64,000 bases of DNA from Candidatus Parcubacteria bacterium. GTDB lineage: Bacteria; Patescibacteriota; Minisyncoccia; Phycocordibacterales; UBA918. Shown in pieces: positions 41,588-50,389 of this stretch. The notes beneath the pieces are model-generated. The model searched no databases, had not been told where the DNA came from, and saw only the letters and a program-made list of their open reading frames with translations. Numbering within the stretch: position 1 is the first letter of the stretch; each line of letters opens with the position of its first letter. Location: positions 1 through 64,000 of the forward strand of contig JBJOPW010000002.1 of NCBI GenBank assembly GCA_046050355.1. The letters run 5' to 3'. The translations under genes and the position numbers were made by a program.

Positions 41588-42312
41588 CGTTCACTATTGC
41601 TATGAACTGTGCGTTTCTCTGAACTACACCATGGGCTAGTGACAGTTTGCACGTCGCTAGCAACTATCAGGTAAGGTCCGGTTCACTATCTAGGCCTGTT
41701 GAGTGGTTAGCTATGCTCCAGTGTACTATGGGTCGAGGTGAAACATCCTCGACAATTTCAGGTTGACTAAGTCTCGGCAAAGCATCCTGTCCTGCAGGTC
41801 GATGGACGTTTGTACATCGACACCCTTTCTCCTTTGTGAGGTAGGGTACTCCAGTCTTTACTTTGCTCGAGTTCGGGTCAGGAGAATCTTCTTCTGACAA
41901 TAATTAGTTACCCTAAAGGGCTCTTACGAGTCGTGCGGTTTGGTGACGTGGCGTTCGCTTGGGTCGGATGACGGAAGTCGTTCGACATATTTCGACTGCG
42001 CTGGCGTGTACCAAGGTTCTGTACGTTAGCGTATTGCACTGTTCGGGCTCAGGGAAAGAATAATCGATTTCTGAGCATCAATACTGTGTGGACCAGTTAT
42101 CAAAGGTCGCGTCTCCTATCGTGTGCTTCGGACCAAGCGAAGATTTTGCTTGGTAAACATCCAGTCAGGTGCTGTAAACACAACTTGGCTAACGTATCGC
42201 TTGTTTTACTTCGGGTCAGAGCAGGTTATCGCTTCTGACAACCTATTGCACTTAGGTGTCCTAGGGTAAGTTGTCCTCAACTCCGGGCCGAGGACTTTCG
42301 TTTGTCCTCGGC
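41588..42312 (+). ncRNA. Array 2: 9 tandem pentamer-tract + hairpin units
   Basis: Tracts start at 41588, 41670, 41761, 41825, 41907, 41995, 42085, 42163, 42250; same architecture as array 1; preceded by a hairpin at 41552-41575. Confidence 0.9.
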
Positions 42313-42343
42313 ACACAATCCTGTCAATAAAATGGAGCAGATC

Positions 42344-42709
42344 ATGCCTCTTAAGCCTGACGGATGGCCACGTGGTGCGACTTCACTCCATGTGTATTCT
42401 CATCCAAAACTGGTGAAGCATTGTACGGTCATTCGAGAAGGATTCAGGTTTGTCTCTCGATTGGTCGATGATGTACGTGTTCTTAAGGTAGATCTTGGTA
42501 AAGTTGGTTATGCACACGGCAGTGAGCCTAAACTTCAGGTGAGAACCGAGAAGTGTAAGATCATTCTGTTGATGCGAGGTCGAATTTCAGCTCAAGTGCT
42601 GACAACAACTATTCGACCAATCATTGCCAATCAACCTGAACAACTTGCTGATCTAATTGAAGATTGGCAACATTGGTGGGAAGAAGAAACCATCAATTCT
42701 GCACCTTGA
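42344..42709 (+). CDS. Hypothetical protein at the end of the RAMP-array operon
   Basis: ORF with GGAG RBS directly after array 2; no motif recognised. Confidence 0.55.
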   Translation: MPLKPDGWPRGATSLHVYSHPKLVKHCTVIREGFRFVSRLVDDVRVLKVDLGKVGYAHGSEPKLQVRTEKCKIILLMRGRISAQVLTTTIRPIIANQPEQLADLIEDWQHWWEEETINSAP

Positions 42710-42736
42710 ACTCGGGCCGTTGTGGCCCGAGTCGGT

Positions 42737-42762
42737 AACCGCCCTGATCGGCGGTTTTATTG
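42737..42762 (+). terminator. Probable intrinsic terminator closing the island operon
   Basis: AACCGCC-ctgatc-GGCGGTT followed by a T-rich tract; another hairpin at 42711-42731. Confidence 0.6.
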
Positions 42763-43088
42763 ATCTAATTTTTATATAAACTAACTAACTATAGATCAGT
42801 TTATACCCACTAAATCATTGCCATTCTTCTAAAATAAATTAGGTTACCAAATTTAATTATCTTTGGAAGGCACGAGACCCGTCATTTCTGACGGGTCTCG
42901 TGCTAGCACGATTTGGCGGAGAGAGAGGGATTCGAAACTTACAGTTTCAGTACAGGTTGTCGATATTTTGGTCCAAGTCTTCCCAAAATATCTGACTAAC
43001 CTTTTCGAATCCCTACGCAAAGTGTCACACACTTTGCTCTCTCTCCGCCCAAGAAAATAACCACCTAAACGGTGGTATTTTCAACGCG

Positions 43089-43177
43089 CGGAGAGAGAGG
43101 GATTCGAACCCTCGAGGAGGTCTCCCCCCTGACAGTTTTCAAGACTGTTGCCATCAACCGGACTCGGCCATCTCTCC
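43089..43177 (-). tRNA. tRNA-Ser(UGA)
   Basis: GGAGAGA acceptor stem, anticodon loop CT-TGA-AA, long variable arm, GGTTCGAATCC. Confidence 0.95.
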
Positions 43178-43212
43178 GTATCTTTCAATGGATGGTACTA
43201 TAACATCTTTTT

Positions 43213-43662
43213 CTACTTATACAAACTCGTTCCGAGATGGTGGGTGGCGTGGCAGTTAGGACAAAGAAGTTCCAGGTTTTTCAAATCATCAGTACCACCC
43301 TTGTACCGTTCAATTTTGTGATGTATTTGGAGTATTGCATAGTTCTTTTCAAGGCACCGTTCACAAATGCCGCCACGCAGTTTCGCCACCTTTTCTTTGA
43401 GGAGGGAACCACGGTAGGCATTATTAAACTGATTTTCTTTGGTATAGCTAATTCCGGCCCGGGCTTTGTTGGCGCAAGTGTGTGAACAGGTGGCTTTATT
43501 ACCCACATATGTTTGTAAACAAATTTTACAAGTCTTTTTAACTTGTTGATTAAAACCAGAACATTGTCGTGAACAAAAGACATTACCGGTAGCGATTTCA
43601 ATCGGACGTCGGTACACTGGTTTTTGACAGATTTTACAAACACAGTTGGGGTTTCTTCTCAT
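43213..43662 (-). CDS. HNH endonuclease with N-terminal Zn-finger repeats
   Basis: CxxC repeats; IHH...GG.....NL.LLCPNCHATHH. Confidence 0.9.
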   Translation of the reverse strand: MRRNPNCVCKICQKPVYRRPIEIATGNVFCSRQCSGFNQQVKKTCKICLQTYVGNKATCSHTCANKARAGISYTKENQFNNAYRGSLLKEKVAKLRGGICERCLEKNYAILQIHHKIERYKGGTDDLKNLELLCPNCHATHHLGTSLYK

Positions 43663-43764
43663 CTGATAATTATATCATCAGGCCAACAATCCAAACTACG
43701 TTGTCCGCATATATTAGGGTATCGCTTCTATGAAAAATTTCCTCCATGCTAAAATAAGATTACT

Positions 43765-44235
43765 ATGAATGAAGTAATGCGGAGCATTACCTGGGAGGCA
43801 CCCGAGCGTGCACGGGGAGATAAAGGCGGTGACTGGTACTTCGCTCTGACAATTTTGACTGTCGCGATAGTTATTGCCGCGATTATTTTTGGTAACTTTT
43901 TGTTTGCGATATTAGCGGGTCTATCCGGTGCTTCACTGGCTGTTGCCGCTTCTCAACCGCCACGAATAATTCGCTATGGAGTAAGTGTTCGTGGGATTAC
44001 AGAAGAAAATAGTACCTATCCATTTACGTCACTTAAAGCGTATAGTATTAATGAAGACGATCCTCGTGGGCCGCAGTTACTCGTTTTGTCTAACAAAAAT
44101 TTTGCACCGATGATCGTGATGCCAATACCAGAAGAGTACATTGATGAAATTGATGATATCTTAGCCGAACGATTACCCGAAGAGGCGCTCGAAGAACCAT
44201 TGTTCAATCGATTGCTCGAGTTGGCCGGCTTTTAG
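43765..44235 (+). CDS. Conserved CPR membrane protein
   Basis: ITWEAPE...DWY plus two TM helices and a PH-like tail. Confidence 0.65.
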   Translation: MNEVMRSITWEAPERARGDKGGDWYFALTILTVAIVIAAIIFGNFLFAILAGLSGASLAVAASQPPRIIRYGVSVRGITEENSTYPFTSLKAYSINEDDPRGPQLLVLSNKNFAPMIVMPIPEEYIDEIDDILAERLPEEALEEPLFNRLLELAGF

Positions 44236-44292
44236 TGCAACGTGACAAGTGAAAAAGCTTGTGGTACTATGCCACGCACCAGTAATGGTAAT

Positions 44293-44364
44293 GCTCTCAT
44301 AGTTTAATGGATAGAATGCCGGTTTGCGGTACCTGCGATCCAGGTTCGATTCCTGGTGAGAGCA
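44293..44364 (+). tRNA. tRNA-Arg(GCG)
   Basis: GCTCTCA/TGAGAGC acceptor stem; anticodon loop TT-GCG-GT; GGTTCGATTCC. Confidence 0.85.
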
Positions 44365-44487
44365 CAGCAGTATAACGAAAGACCATCCATGCGCACATGG
44401 GTGGTCTTTCGTTATAGCAAGCAATTAGTATTGCTTGCGGACTGCTGTGCTGACCGGAGCGATGTTTTCTGCTTGGCTAAAGCAGAA

Positions 44488-44562
44488 AACCGCGAGGTGG
44501 GGTCGAGAACACTTAGTAGATTGGGAACGAAGTGAACCAATATACTTAGTGATTCGTGACCA
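44488..44562 (+). repeat. ~75-100 bp dispersed repeat, copy 1 (others at 49288-49391 minus and 59391-59465 plus)
   Basis: Shared GGGGTCGAGAACACTTAGTAGATTG...CAATATACTTAGTGATTCGTGACCA. Confidence 0.9.
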
Positions 44563-44781
44563 CAAACGGTACGAAAAAGCGCACCCTTATGGGTGCCTTT
44601 TTCGTTCGTGCTTTCACAGCAAAGCCTCTCGAGGCTTTGCGTCAGGAATCGAAGCCCGATTGAGAGTAGATTATGAGCTTGTGAAATAATCTAGCCACGA
44701 GCGTGATCGATTCCTGTTGACTTTGAGGCGCATAGTATACTTCCCGTGTTACAATCGACATGTTACAAAATAAAGTATTGT

Positions 44782-45621
44782 ATGATTAAAACCATATCAT
44801 TAGAACGGTTCATTATTATGAGTTTGCTAGCGGCTGGATTTTTGCTTCAGGCAGGTATTGCCGCTGCTGCCACAACTGGCACTTTGCTTCCCACGACTGA
44901 CGGCATCAATGCCAGTTGGACCCCAAAAACTGGCACTACCCACTACACGATGGTGGATGAGACGGCTTGCAATGGCACCACTGATTATGTATCAGAAACT
45001 ACTGTCGGGGAGCGCGATTCATATCAGGTATCATTGGCTTCTGTGCCAGCCAACGCTGAGATTACGAGTATTGCTATTGTGCCGTGCGCCTCTCGCAATA
45101 GTTCGGGTGGTGGTTCGTCAGTAATGGACGTGTTTTATCGCTTCAATGGCGCACAGAGTGCTGACCAAGGTGGCTATGCGCTCACTGGTACCACTCCAAC
45201 AGCCCTTGCAACGACTACTTTTTCTGGTTTGAGCCTAATCAATGCTGCATCGAGCACCCTTGAAGTAGGAGCGGTTTATACTTCAGGTACTAAGGGTGCT
45301 CGCTTGAGTCGTTTGGCTACGGTCATTACTTATACTCCGGCGGTGACGATCCCAACTGCGCCAACCAACTTCTTTGCCTTGGCGACCTCAACCGGTACCA
45401 CTACCGGTGTTTACGCTTTTTGGACTGACAATTCAACCAATGAACAAGGTTTTAAGCTTGAACGTAGTACTGATAACGTGAACTTTAGTCTCGTAACAAC
45501 CACTACTGGTCGCACCTTCCTCGATACTCCGGTTGCGAGTGGTACTTACTACTACCGAGTCTACGCATACAATACTGCTGGTAACTCTAGTTACGCTACA
45601 AGTACTGCCATCGTACCGTAA
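44782..45621 (+). CDS. Secreted Thr-rich protein with C-terminal fibronectin type III domain
   Basis: Signal peptide; PTAPTN...WTDNSTNEQGFKLERS...YYYRVYAYN.AG.S. Confidence 0.85.
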   Translation: MIKTISLERFIIMSLLAAGFLLQAGIAAAATTGTLLPTTDGINASWTPKTGTTHYTMVDETACNGTTDYVSETTVGERDSYQVSLASVPANAEITSIAIVPCASRNSSGGGSSVMDVFYRFNGAQSADQGGYALTGTTPTALATTTFSGLSLINAASSTLEVGAVYTSGTKGARLSRLATVITYTPAVTIPTAPTNFFALATSTGTTTGVYAFWTDNSTNEQGFKLERSTDNVNFSLVTTTTGRTFLDTPVASGTYYYRVYAYNTAGNSSYATSTAIVP

Positions 45622-45711
45622 GCGAGAACAATATCCAACAAAATGCCACGCCACTGCGCGTGGCTTTTTGTTTTTGCCATTTCACCCTATCTCGCATACA
45701 ATACGACACAT

Positions 45712-46092
45712 ATGCGACTCATGGGTATTGATTACGGCACTAAAAAAGTGGGGATTGCCTTTACGGATGAAAGTGGGAAGATGGCGTTCCCGCATGGAGT
45801 AATACCCAATACACCCAAATTGCTTGATGTTATCACTGGCCTCATTAACGAAAAACGAGTAGGAGCGGTAGTCATCGGTCACTCACTAGATAAAGAAGGG
45901 AAACCTAACACTGTTCAGGCAGCGGTCGAGTCCCTGATGCTTGACCTTACACTAGCGACCGGACTCCCCATCCATCTTGAACCCGAACAGTACTCAACCC
46001 AAGCCGCCTTACAATTACAAGGGAGGACGGCCCAGACTGATGCTTCAGCAGCAGCCCTCATTCTTGATGGATACCTTACTCGTAAAAAATAA
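45712..46092 (+). CDS. yqgF: YqgF/RuvX pre-16S rRNA nuclease
   Basis: MGIDYGTKKVGIA, EQYST, DASAAALIL. Confidence 0.92.
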   Translation: MRLMGIDYGTKKVGIAFTDESGKMAFPHGVIPNTPKLLDVITGLINEKRVGAVVIGHSLDKEGKPNTVQAAVESLMLDLTLATGLPIHLEPEQYSTQAALQLQGRTAQTDASAAALILDGYLTRKK

Positions 46093-46102
46093 TCAAACAA
46101 TT

Positions 46103-46435
46103 ATGGAACAAATCACGTATGAAGATTTTGCTAAATTACATATTGGTATTGGTACAATACTGACTGTTGAAATTGTTGAGGGGGCAGATAAATTATTGAA
46201 ACTCGCCGTGGAAGTAGGCGAGGAGAAACCACGACAGATTCTATCTGGTATCAGGGAATATTTTGCAGACCCGCAAGTACTGGTGGGGAAGCAATTTCCG
46301 TTTGTGCTTAATCTGGCTCCCCGGGTGATTCGGGGGTTTGAGAGTCAGGGCATGATACTGGCGGCTAGTTATGAAGACGCATTGGCACTTCTAGCGCCGA
46401 CAATCACCGTAGCACCTGGTACCAAAGTGAAATAG
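46103..46435 (+). CDS. Stand-alone tRNA-binding OB-fold (MetRS C-terminal/CsaA-like)
   Basis: ITYEDFAKL, ADKLLKL, RQILSGI, SQGMILAA. Confidence 0.9.
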   Translation: MEQITYEDFAKLHIGIGTILTVEIVEGADKLLKLAVEVGEEKPRQILSGIREYFADPQVLVGKQFPFVLNLAPRVIRGFESQGMILAASYEDALALLAPTITVAPGTKVK

Positions 46436-46485
46436 GTGTGGGTTCCGGCAGCGAATTAGACAAAGCACAACGTATAATACAAGTA

Positions 46486-47580
46486 ATGTCTTTTAGTTCG
46501 TTGCTTGCGCAGTATTTGCCACCGCCACAGTTCCTTAAAATGCCAAGTTTAGGGGTTGATATTTCTGATACATCTCTTAAGTACATTCAATTTGGTGAGG
46601 GAAAGAAAAACATGCGCCCGCTCGTAACCTGGGGAGAGATTGATATTCCAAGTGGCATACTTGAACGAGGCTATGTGCATGATCAAAAAAAGCTGACCGA
46701 TGTCTTAAAAGAATGTAAGGCTAAAACCGACGCTACATTTGTACGGGTATCATTGCCTGAAGAGCGTGCCTATTTGTTTGAAACCGAAATAAAGCGATCA
46801 ACACCAACTAAAGAAATTCGTAGCCTACTCGAATTTAGGTTGGAAGAAAATGTTCCGATTCCTGCCCGTGACGCTTTCTTTGATTTTGATATTTTAGCGG
46901 GAGAGACTAATGATAAAACTATACAAGTAGTAGTCGCCGCATATGCCCGCGAGACCATTCTTAATTATTTTGACGCCTGCAATGAAGCGGGTCTCGTGCC
47001 CATTGCCTTTGAAGTAGAAGCGCAGGCGATGGTGCGATCGGTACTACCGACTGGTATGCGAGGGGCGCATATGCTGGTAGATTTTGGAAAGACCCGGACC
47101 GGGGTTGGTATCGTGCTTGATGGAAAGTTGATGTACACCTCAACCATTGATTTTGGCGGCAATCAATTATCCGAAGTGCTCCGGAAAGTTCATGGACAAA
47201 TCACAGAAGGAGAACTGACAACCATTAAAAATACTCAAGGGCTCATTAAGGGGGTACATGACACGAGAAGTTATGACGCGCTCATCTCAACCATGTCGGT
47301 GATTAAAGACGAACTCGCTTCGCGGATACAATATTGGCACAGTAGTGAAAATAAAACCGAGTCACGTCGTATCCAATCAGTCATACTGTGCGGTGGCAGT
47401 TCTAATCTAAAGGGGTTGCCAGAGTATTTTACCGAGACACTTGGTGTACCAACCTCACGGGCGAGTGTGTGGCAAAATGCATTTTCAGTACATAATTATA
47501 TTCCACCTATTAGTATTCGCCATTCCTACGGCTATGCCACTGCTATTGGACTGGCATTACCACCCGATACTTCACTATGA
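46486..47580 (+). CDS. pilM: Type IV pilus assembly protein PilM
   Basis: GVDISDTSLK, VDFGKTRT, LCGGSSNLKG, AIGLAL. Confidence 0.9.
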   Translation: MSFSSLLAQYLPPPQFLKMPSLGVDISDTSLKYIQFGEGKKNMRPLVTWGEIDIPSGILERGYVHDQKKLTDVLKECKAKTDATFVRVSLPEERAYLFETEIKRSTPTKEIRSLLEFRLEENVPIPARDAFFDFDILAGETNDKTIQVVVAAYARETILNYFDACNEAGLVPIAFEVEAQAMVRSVLPTGMRGAHMLVDFGKTRTGVGIVLDGKLMYTSTIDFGGNQLSEVLRKVHGQITEGELTTIKNTQGLIKGVHDTRSYDALISTMSVIKDELASRIQYWHSSENKTESRRIQSVILCGGSSNLKGLPEYFTETLGVPTSRASVWQNAFSVHNYIPPISIRHSYGYATAIGLALPPDTSL

Positions 47581-48113
47581 CCAATCTTATTCCCCCTAGT
47601 GCTGAAAAGCTTGTTATTAAAGAGTACTGGCTCCGGGTGGTGGCAGTCTGGTTATTTTTATTTGGAACTGGCTGTTTGATTGTAGCGAGTCTCCATCTGC
47701 CGACTTACGTATTGGTACGTAACGAGTTGACTGACTTGCGACAGCAGGTAGCAAATAATGCAGCCGAAACAGCCAGTATTGATACCAGCTCAGCCGCCAT
47801 ACAAGTAGCCATGACCGATGCCACTTTACTGCTAACGATGGGCACTAGCAGTGGTCAACATGTAGCAACAATTGAAGCGCTGACTACTATTGCCGGCAGT
47901 GATGTAGCACTGTCTTCGTTCTCACTCACGGTCAATGAAAAAAGTACCCAAATAACTATCACTGGTACCGCACGAACTCGTACCGCTTTGGCGAATTTTC
48001 GTGACGCAATAGAAGCCGATGATCGATTTACTGATGCTATATTGCCAATATCCAGCTTAATTAAAGATCGCAACATTGACTTTACTATGACAGTAACAAG
48101 TAATAACCTATGA
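47577..48113 (+). CDS. PilN-like protein
   Basis: N-terminal NLIP motif, TM helix, ITGTA..R. Confidence 0.75.
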   Translation: MTNLIPPSAEKLVIKEYWLRVVAVWLFLFGTGCLIVASLHLPTYVLVRNELTDLRQQVANNAAETASIDTSSAAIQVAMTDATLLLTMGTSSGQHVATIEALTTIAGSDVALSSFSLTVNEKSTQITITGTARTRTALANFRDAIEADDRFTDAILPISSLIKDRNIDFTMTVTSNNL

Positions 48114-48619
48114 CCAAAAAGACTGTCACCACCCTTGGCATTGCTACCCTCTACTTTGCGGTAGTATTGTCCGTGTTGATCTACGCGTATGTGTCAGTCC
48201 ATTCACAAAAGGCTGATGCCCTGGCTTTAGCAACGACACTGGCTGAGCAGACGAGCAAACAATCAATTGCTCGTTCTCTAGCTGCTACCTTTGATGCAAC
48301 GATCGATGTACGCACTGAGATTGCCTCTTATTTTCTTGAGGAAAAAGAAACAATCACCTTCATTGCTGAAATCGAGGCGTTAGCTCAGGCCCTAGGTGTC
48401 AGTATTGAACCGACGGCACTGGATTTTGTTACAACCGAATCAGGAAGGCGAGAGCTCAAAACCGGTTTCGCGGTTAAAGGTACTCGTACGGCCGTCTTAC
48501 AATTCATGAAGGCAATTGAAACAATCCCGTACCATAGTCGGATTGCATCGCTGCAGGTGGTGGGGAATGATAATGAATGGAGCGGGCAGGTTGATCTTTT
48601 TGTTACAATAAAACCATGA
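48110..48619 (+). CDS. PilO-like protein
   Basis: TM helix plus coiled coil; G....VLQFMKAIETIP; operon position. Confidence 0.7.
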   Translation: MTKKTVTTLGIATLYFAVVLSVLIYAYVSVHSQKADALALATTLAEQTSKQSIARSLAATFDATIDVRTEIASYFLEEKETITFIAEIEALAQALGVSIEPTALDFVTTESGRRELKTGFAVKGTRTAVLQFMKAIETIPYHSRIASLQVVGNDNEWSGQVDLFVTIKP

Positions 48620-49074
48620 TAGACCAAGCAAAATTACAAACAATCATCACCCGCCTCGTACGGTCATCCTCGGTTGTTGAGCGACCAGCGATGAGTCCGG
48701 CTCGTGAATGGTTCACCGGTATCCTCATTACAATTTGTTTTGTATGTGTTGGTGGAGTAGTGAGTTATTGGTTATATCTTAATACCGTATCGGTAGAAGC
48801 GGAGGTGCAGGATAGTATAACCGCTACTTCATACAAAGGCGCCTTAGTCGAAGAGGCGGTTATGCGTTTTCGTGCCCGGGGCGCTGCTTACGAGCAGATT
48901 CGCGCCCGACAAAACGATCTGCAGCCAGTTGAGGCAATGGCGCCGGTGCCACCAGTAACGACTGAGTCACCAATTACTGAGGTTCCTGCGGACCTTACGC
49001 CAGAACCACAGATACCAACGGTGGAGCCTGCAGAAGAAGCGACAGAGGAGTCTGCACCAACGTTGAGTTTTTAG
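48616..49074 (+). CDS. Hypothetical membrane protein in the pil operon
   Basis: Overlapping start/stop; one TM helix; P/E-rich tail. Confidence 0.65.
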   Translation: MIDQAKLQTIITRLVRSSSVVERPAMSPAREWFTGILITICFVCVGGVVSYWLYLNTVSVEAEVQDSITATSYKGALVEEAVMRFRARGAAYEQIRARQNDLQPVEAMAPVPPVTTESPITEVPADLTPEPQIPTVEPAEEATEESAPTLSF

Positions 49075-49485
49075 TCGAAGTCACCGCACTAAACCACATC
49101 ACTGTTGTGATGTGGTTTAGTGAATTTACTCTGCCCCGGCTTGGAATCGTCCTGACGGTCACCAAGCTAGATTGTTTCGCTTTTGCTCACAATCTAGCAG
49201 GTGCCGCGGGACACGGCTCGCTGGCCCTAAAGGGGACCCCAGCTCCGCCGTTCGATTCCAAGCCGTGCCTACAAATGTTAAATAATTTGGTCACGAATCA
49301 CTAAGTATATTGATTCACTCCGTTCTCAATCTACTAAATGTTCGCGACCCCGTCTCGCGGTTTTCTGCTTTGGTCAAGCAGAAAACATCGCTGCGACTCA
49401 GAGAGAAGTCGAAAGCAATATTAATTGCTTTCTAAACCAAACAAAAGCGCTCGTTTTGAGCGCTTTTGTTTGGTTTTCTTCTCTC

Positions 49486-49557
49486 TGCCCCGGCTTGGAA
49501 TCGAACCAAGAATAACGGCTTAGAAGTCCGCAGTTATATCCATTTAACTACCGGGAC
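49486..49557 (-). tRNA. tRNA-Arg(UCU)
   Basis: GTCCCGG/CCGGGGC acceptor stem; loop CT-TCT-AA; GGTTCGATTCC. Confidence 0.93.
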
Positions 49558-49651
49558 GCACCCCATCTAACGATGAGGTGAAGACAGCATAGCAAAAAAA
49601 TGGTGAGCCGGAAACTTCGTGAATCGCGCAGTGTTTTGTATACTACAAATT

Positions 49652-50389
49652 ATGCAAGACCGACCGACTATCCTTTTGGTGCAATTCAGACAAACTCCTG
49701 CCGCTGATCTCCTCGAACGCCAGAGTGTTGAACGTGAAGTTTCTCTCTTTGCGACGGTAAAAACTATATGTGGGGTTACCGGCAATGTACTCGAAGCGAT
49801 ACAGGGTGCTGATGGTGTGATACTCGGCGGTTCGGGAGACTATGATTTTGATGGAGCGAGATCGCCCGATGATCCAGTACGGGCACGTACCGAAAATCTG
49901 TTTCGGTCACTTAGTCCAACGCTCGATTACTTATTTACTATCGATAAGCCACTTCTTGGGATTTGTTTTGGACACCAGCTCATGGGTGCCTTTCGGGGTG
50001 CCAATGTCTATCACGACACTAACCAGAGCAAATTAAAGACGCATACCGTGACGCTCCACGATGAAGGACGGAACCACCGCCTGTTTGCAAATATGCCAGT
50101 AACTTTTGATGCACAGTATGGACACAAGGATGTGCTCGCACATATTCCGACGGGTGCGACTTTGCTTGCGCATGGTGGTGAATCCTGTCGGGTGTCAGCG
50201 CTCGCGTATAGTGACAATATTATCTCGACACAATTCCATCCCGAATTATCGCTCGCTGATATGTATGACCGGGTGGCACATATTCCGCACTATTTACCAG
50301 AAGGTACAACCGTTGATGACGTGTTTTTTGATACGCCACACGCGCGGACGATTTTGCATAATTTTGCGAAGGTGGTGGTAGCGGGGTAG
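49652..50389 (+). CDS. Class I glutamine amidotransferase
   Basis: LGICFGHQ and QFHPE catalytic motifs. Confidence 0.92.
   Translation: MQDRPTILLVQFRQTPAADLLERQSVEREVSLFATVKTICGVTGNVLEAIQGADGVILGGSGDYDFDGARSPDDPVRARTENLFRSLSPTLDYLFTIDKPLLGICFGHQLMGAFRGANVYHDTNQSKLKTHTVTLHDEGRNHRLFANMPVTFDAQYGHKDVLAHIPTGATLLAHGGESCRVSALAYSDNIISTQFHPELSLADMYDRVAHIPHYLPEGTTVDDVFFDTPHARTILHNFAKVVVAG

Noticed and set aside
39848-41900. Long minus-strand ORFs (39848-40954, 41048-41476, 41151-41663, 41667-41900)
   Set aside because: They are antisense shadows of the helicase or run across array 2, and show no protein motifs.
38556-42312. Canonical CRISPR array or type IV CRISPR-Cas call for the RAMP + DinG locus
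   Set aside because: There are no identical direct repeats and no cas5/cas6/csf1/cas1/cas2. The variable parts carry a 5-nt periodic scaffold that real spacers would not have.
42863-43060. 65-aa ORF, and the tRNA-Ser 3' copy as a definite attL/attR
   Set aside because: The ORF is a read-through of tRNA-derived repeats. The copy lies only ~150 nt from the tRNA, on the same side of the island, so it does not bracket the island.
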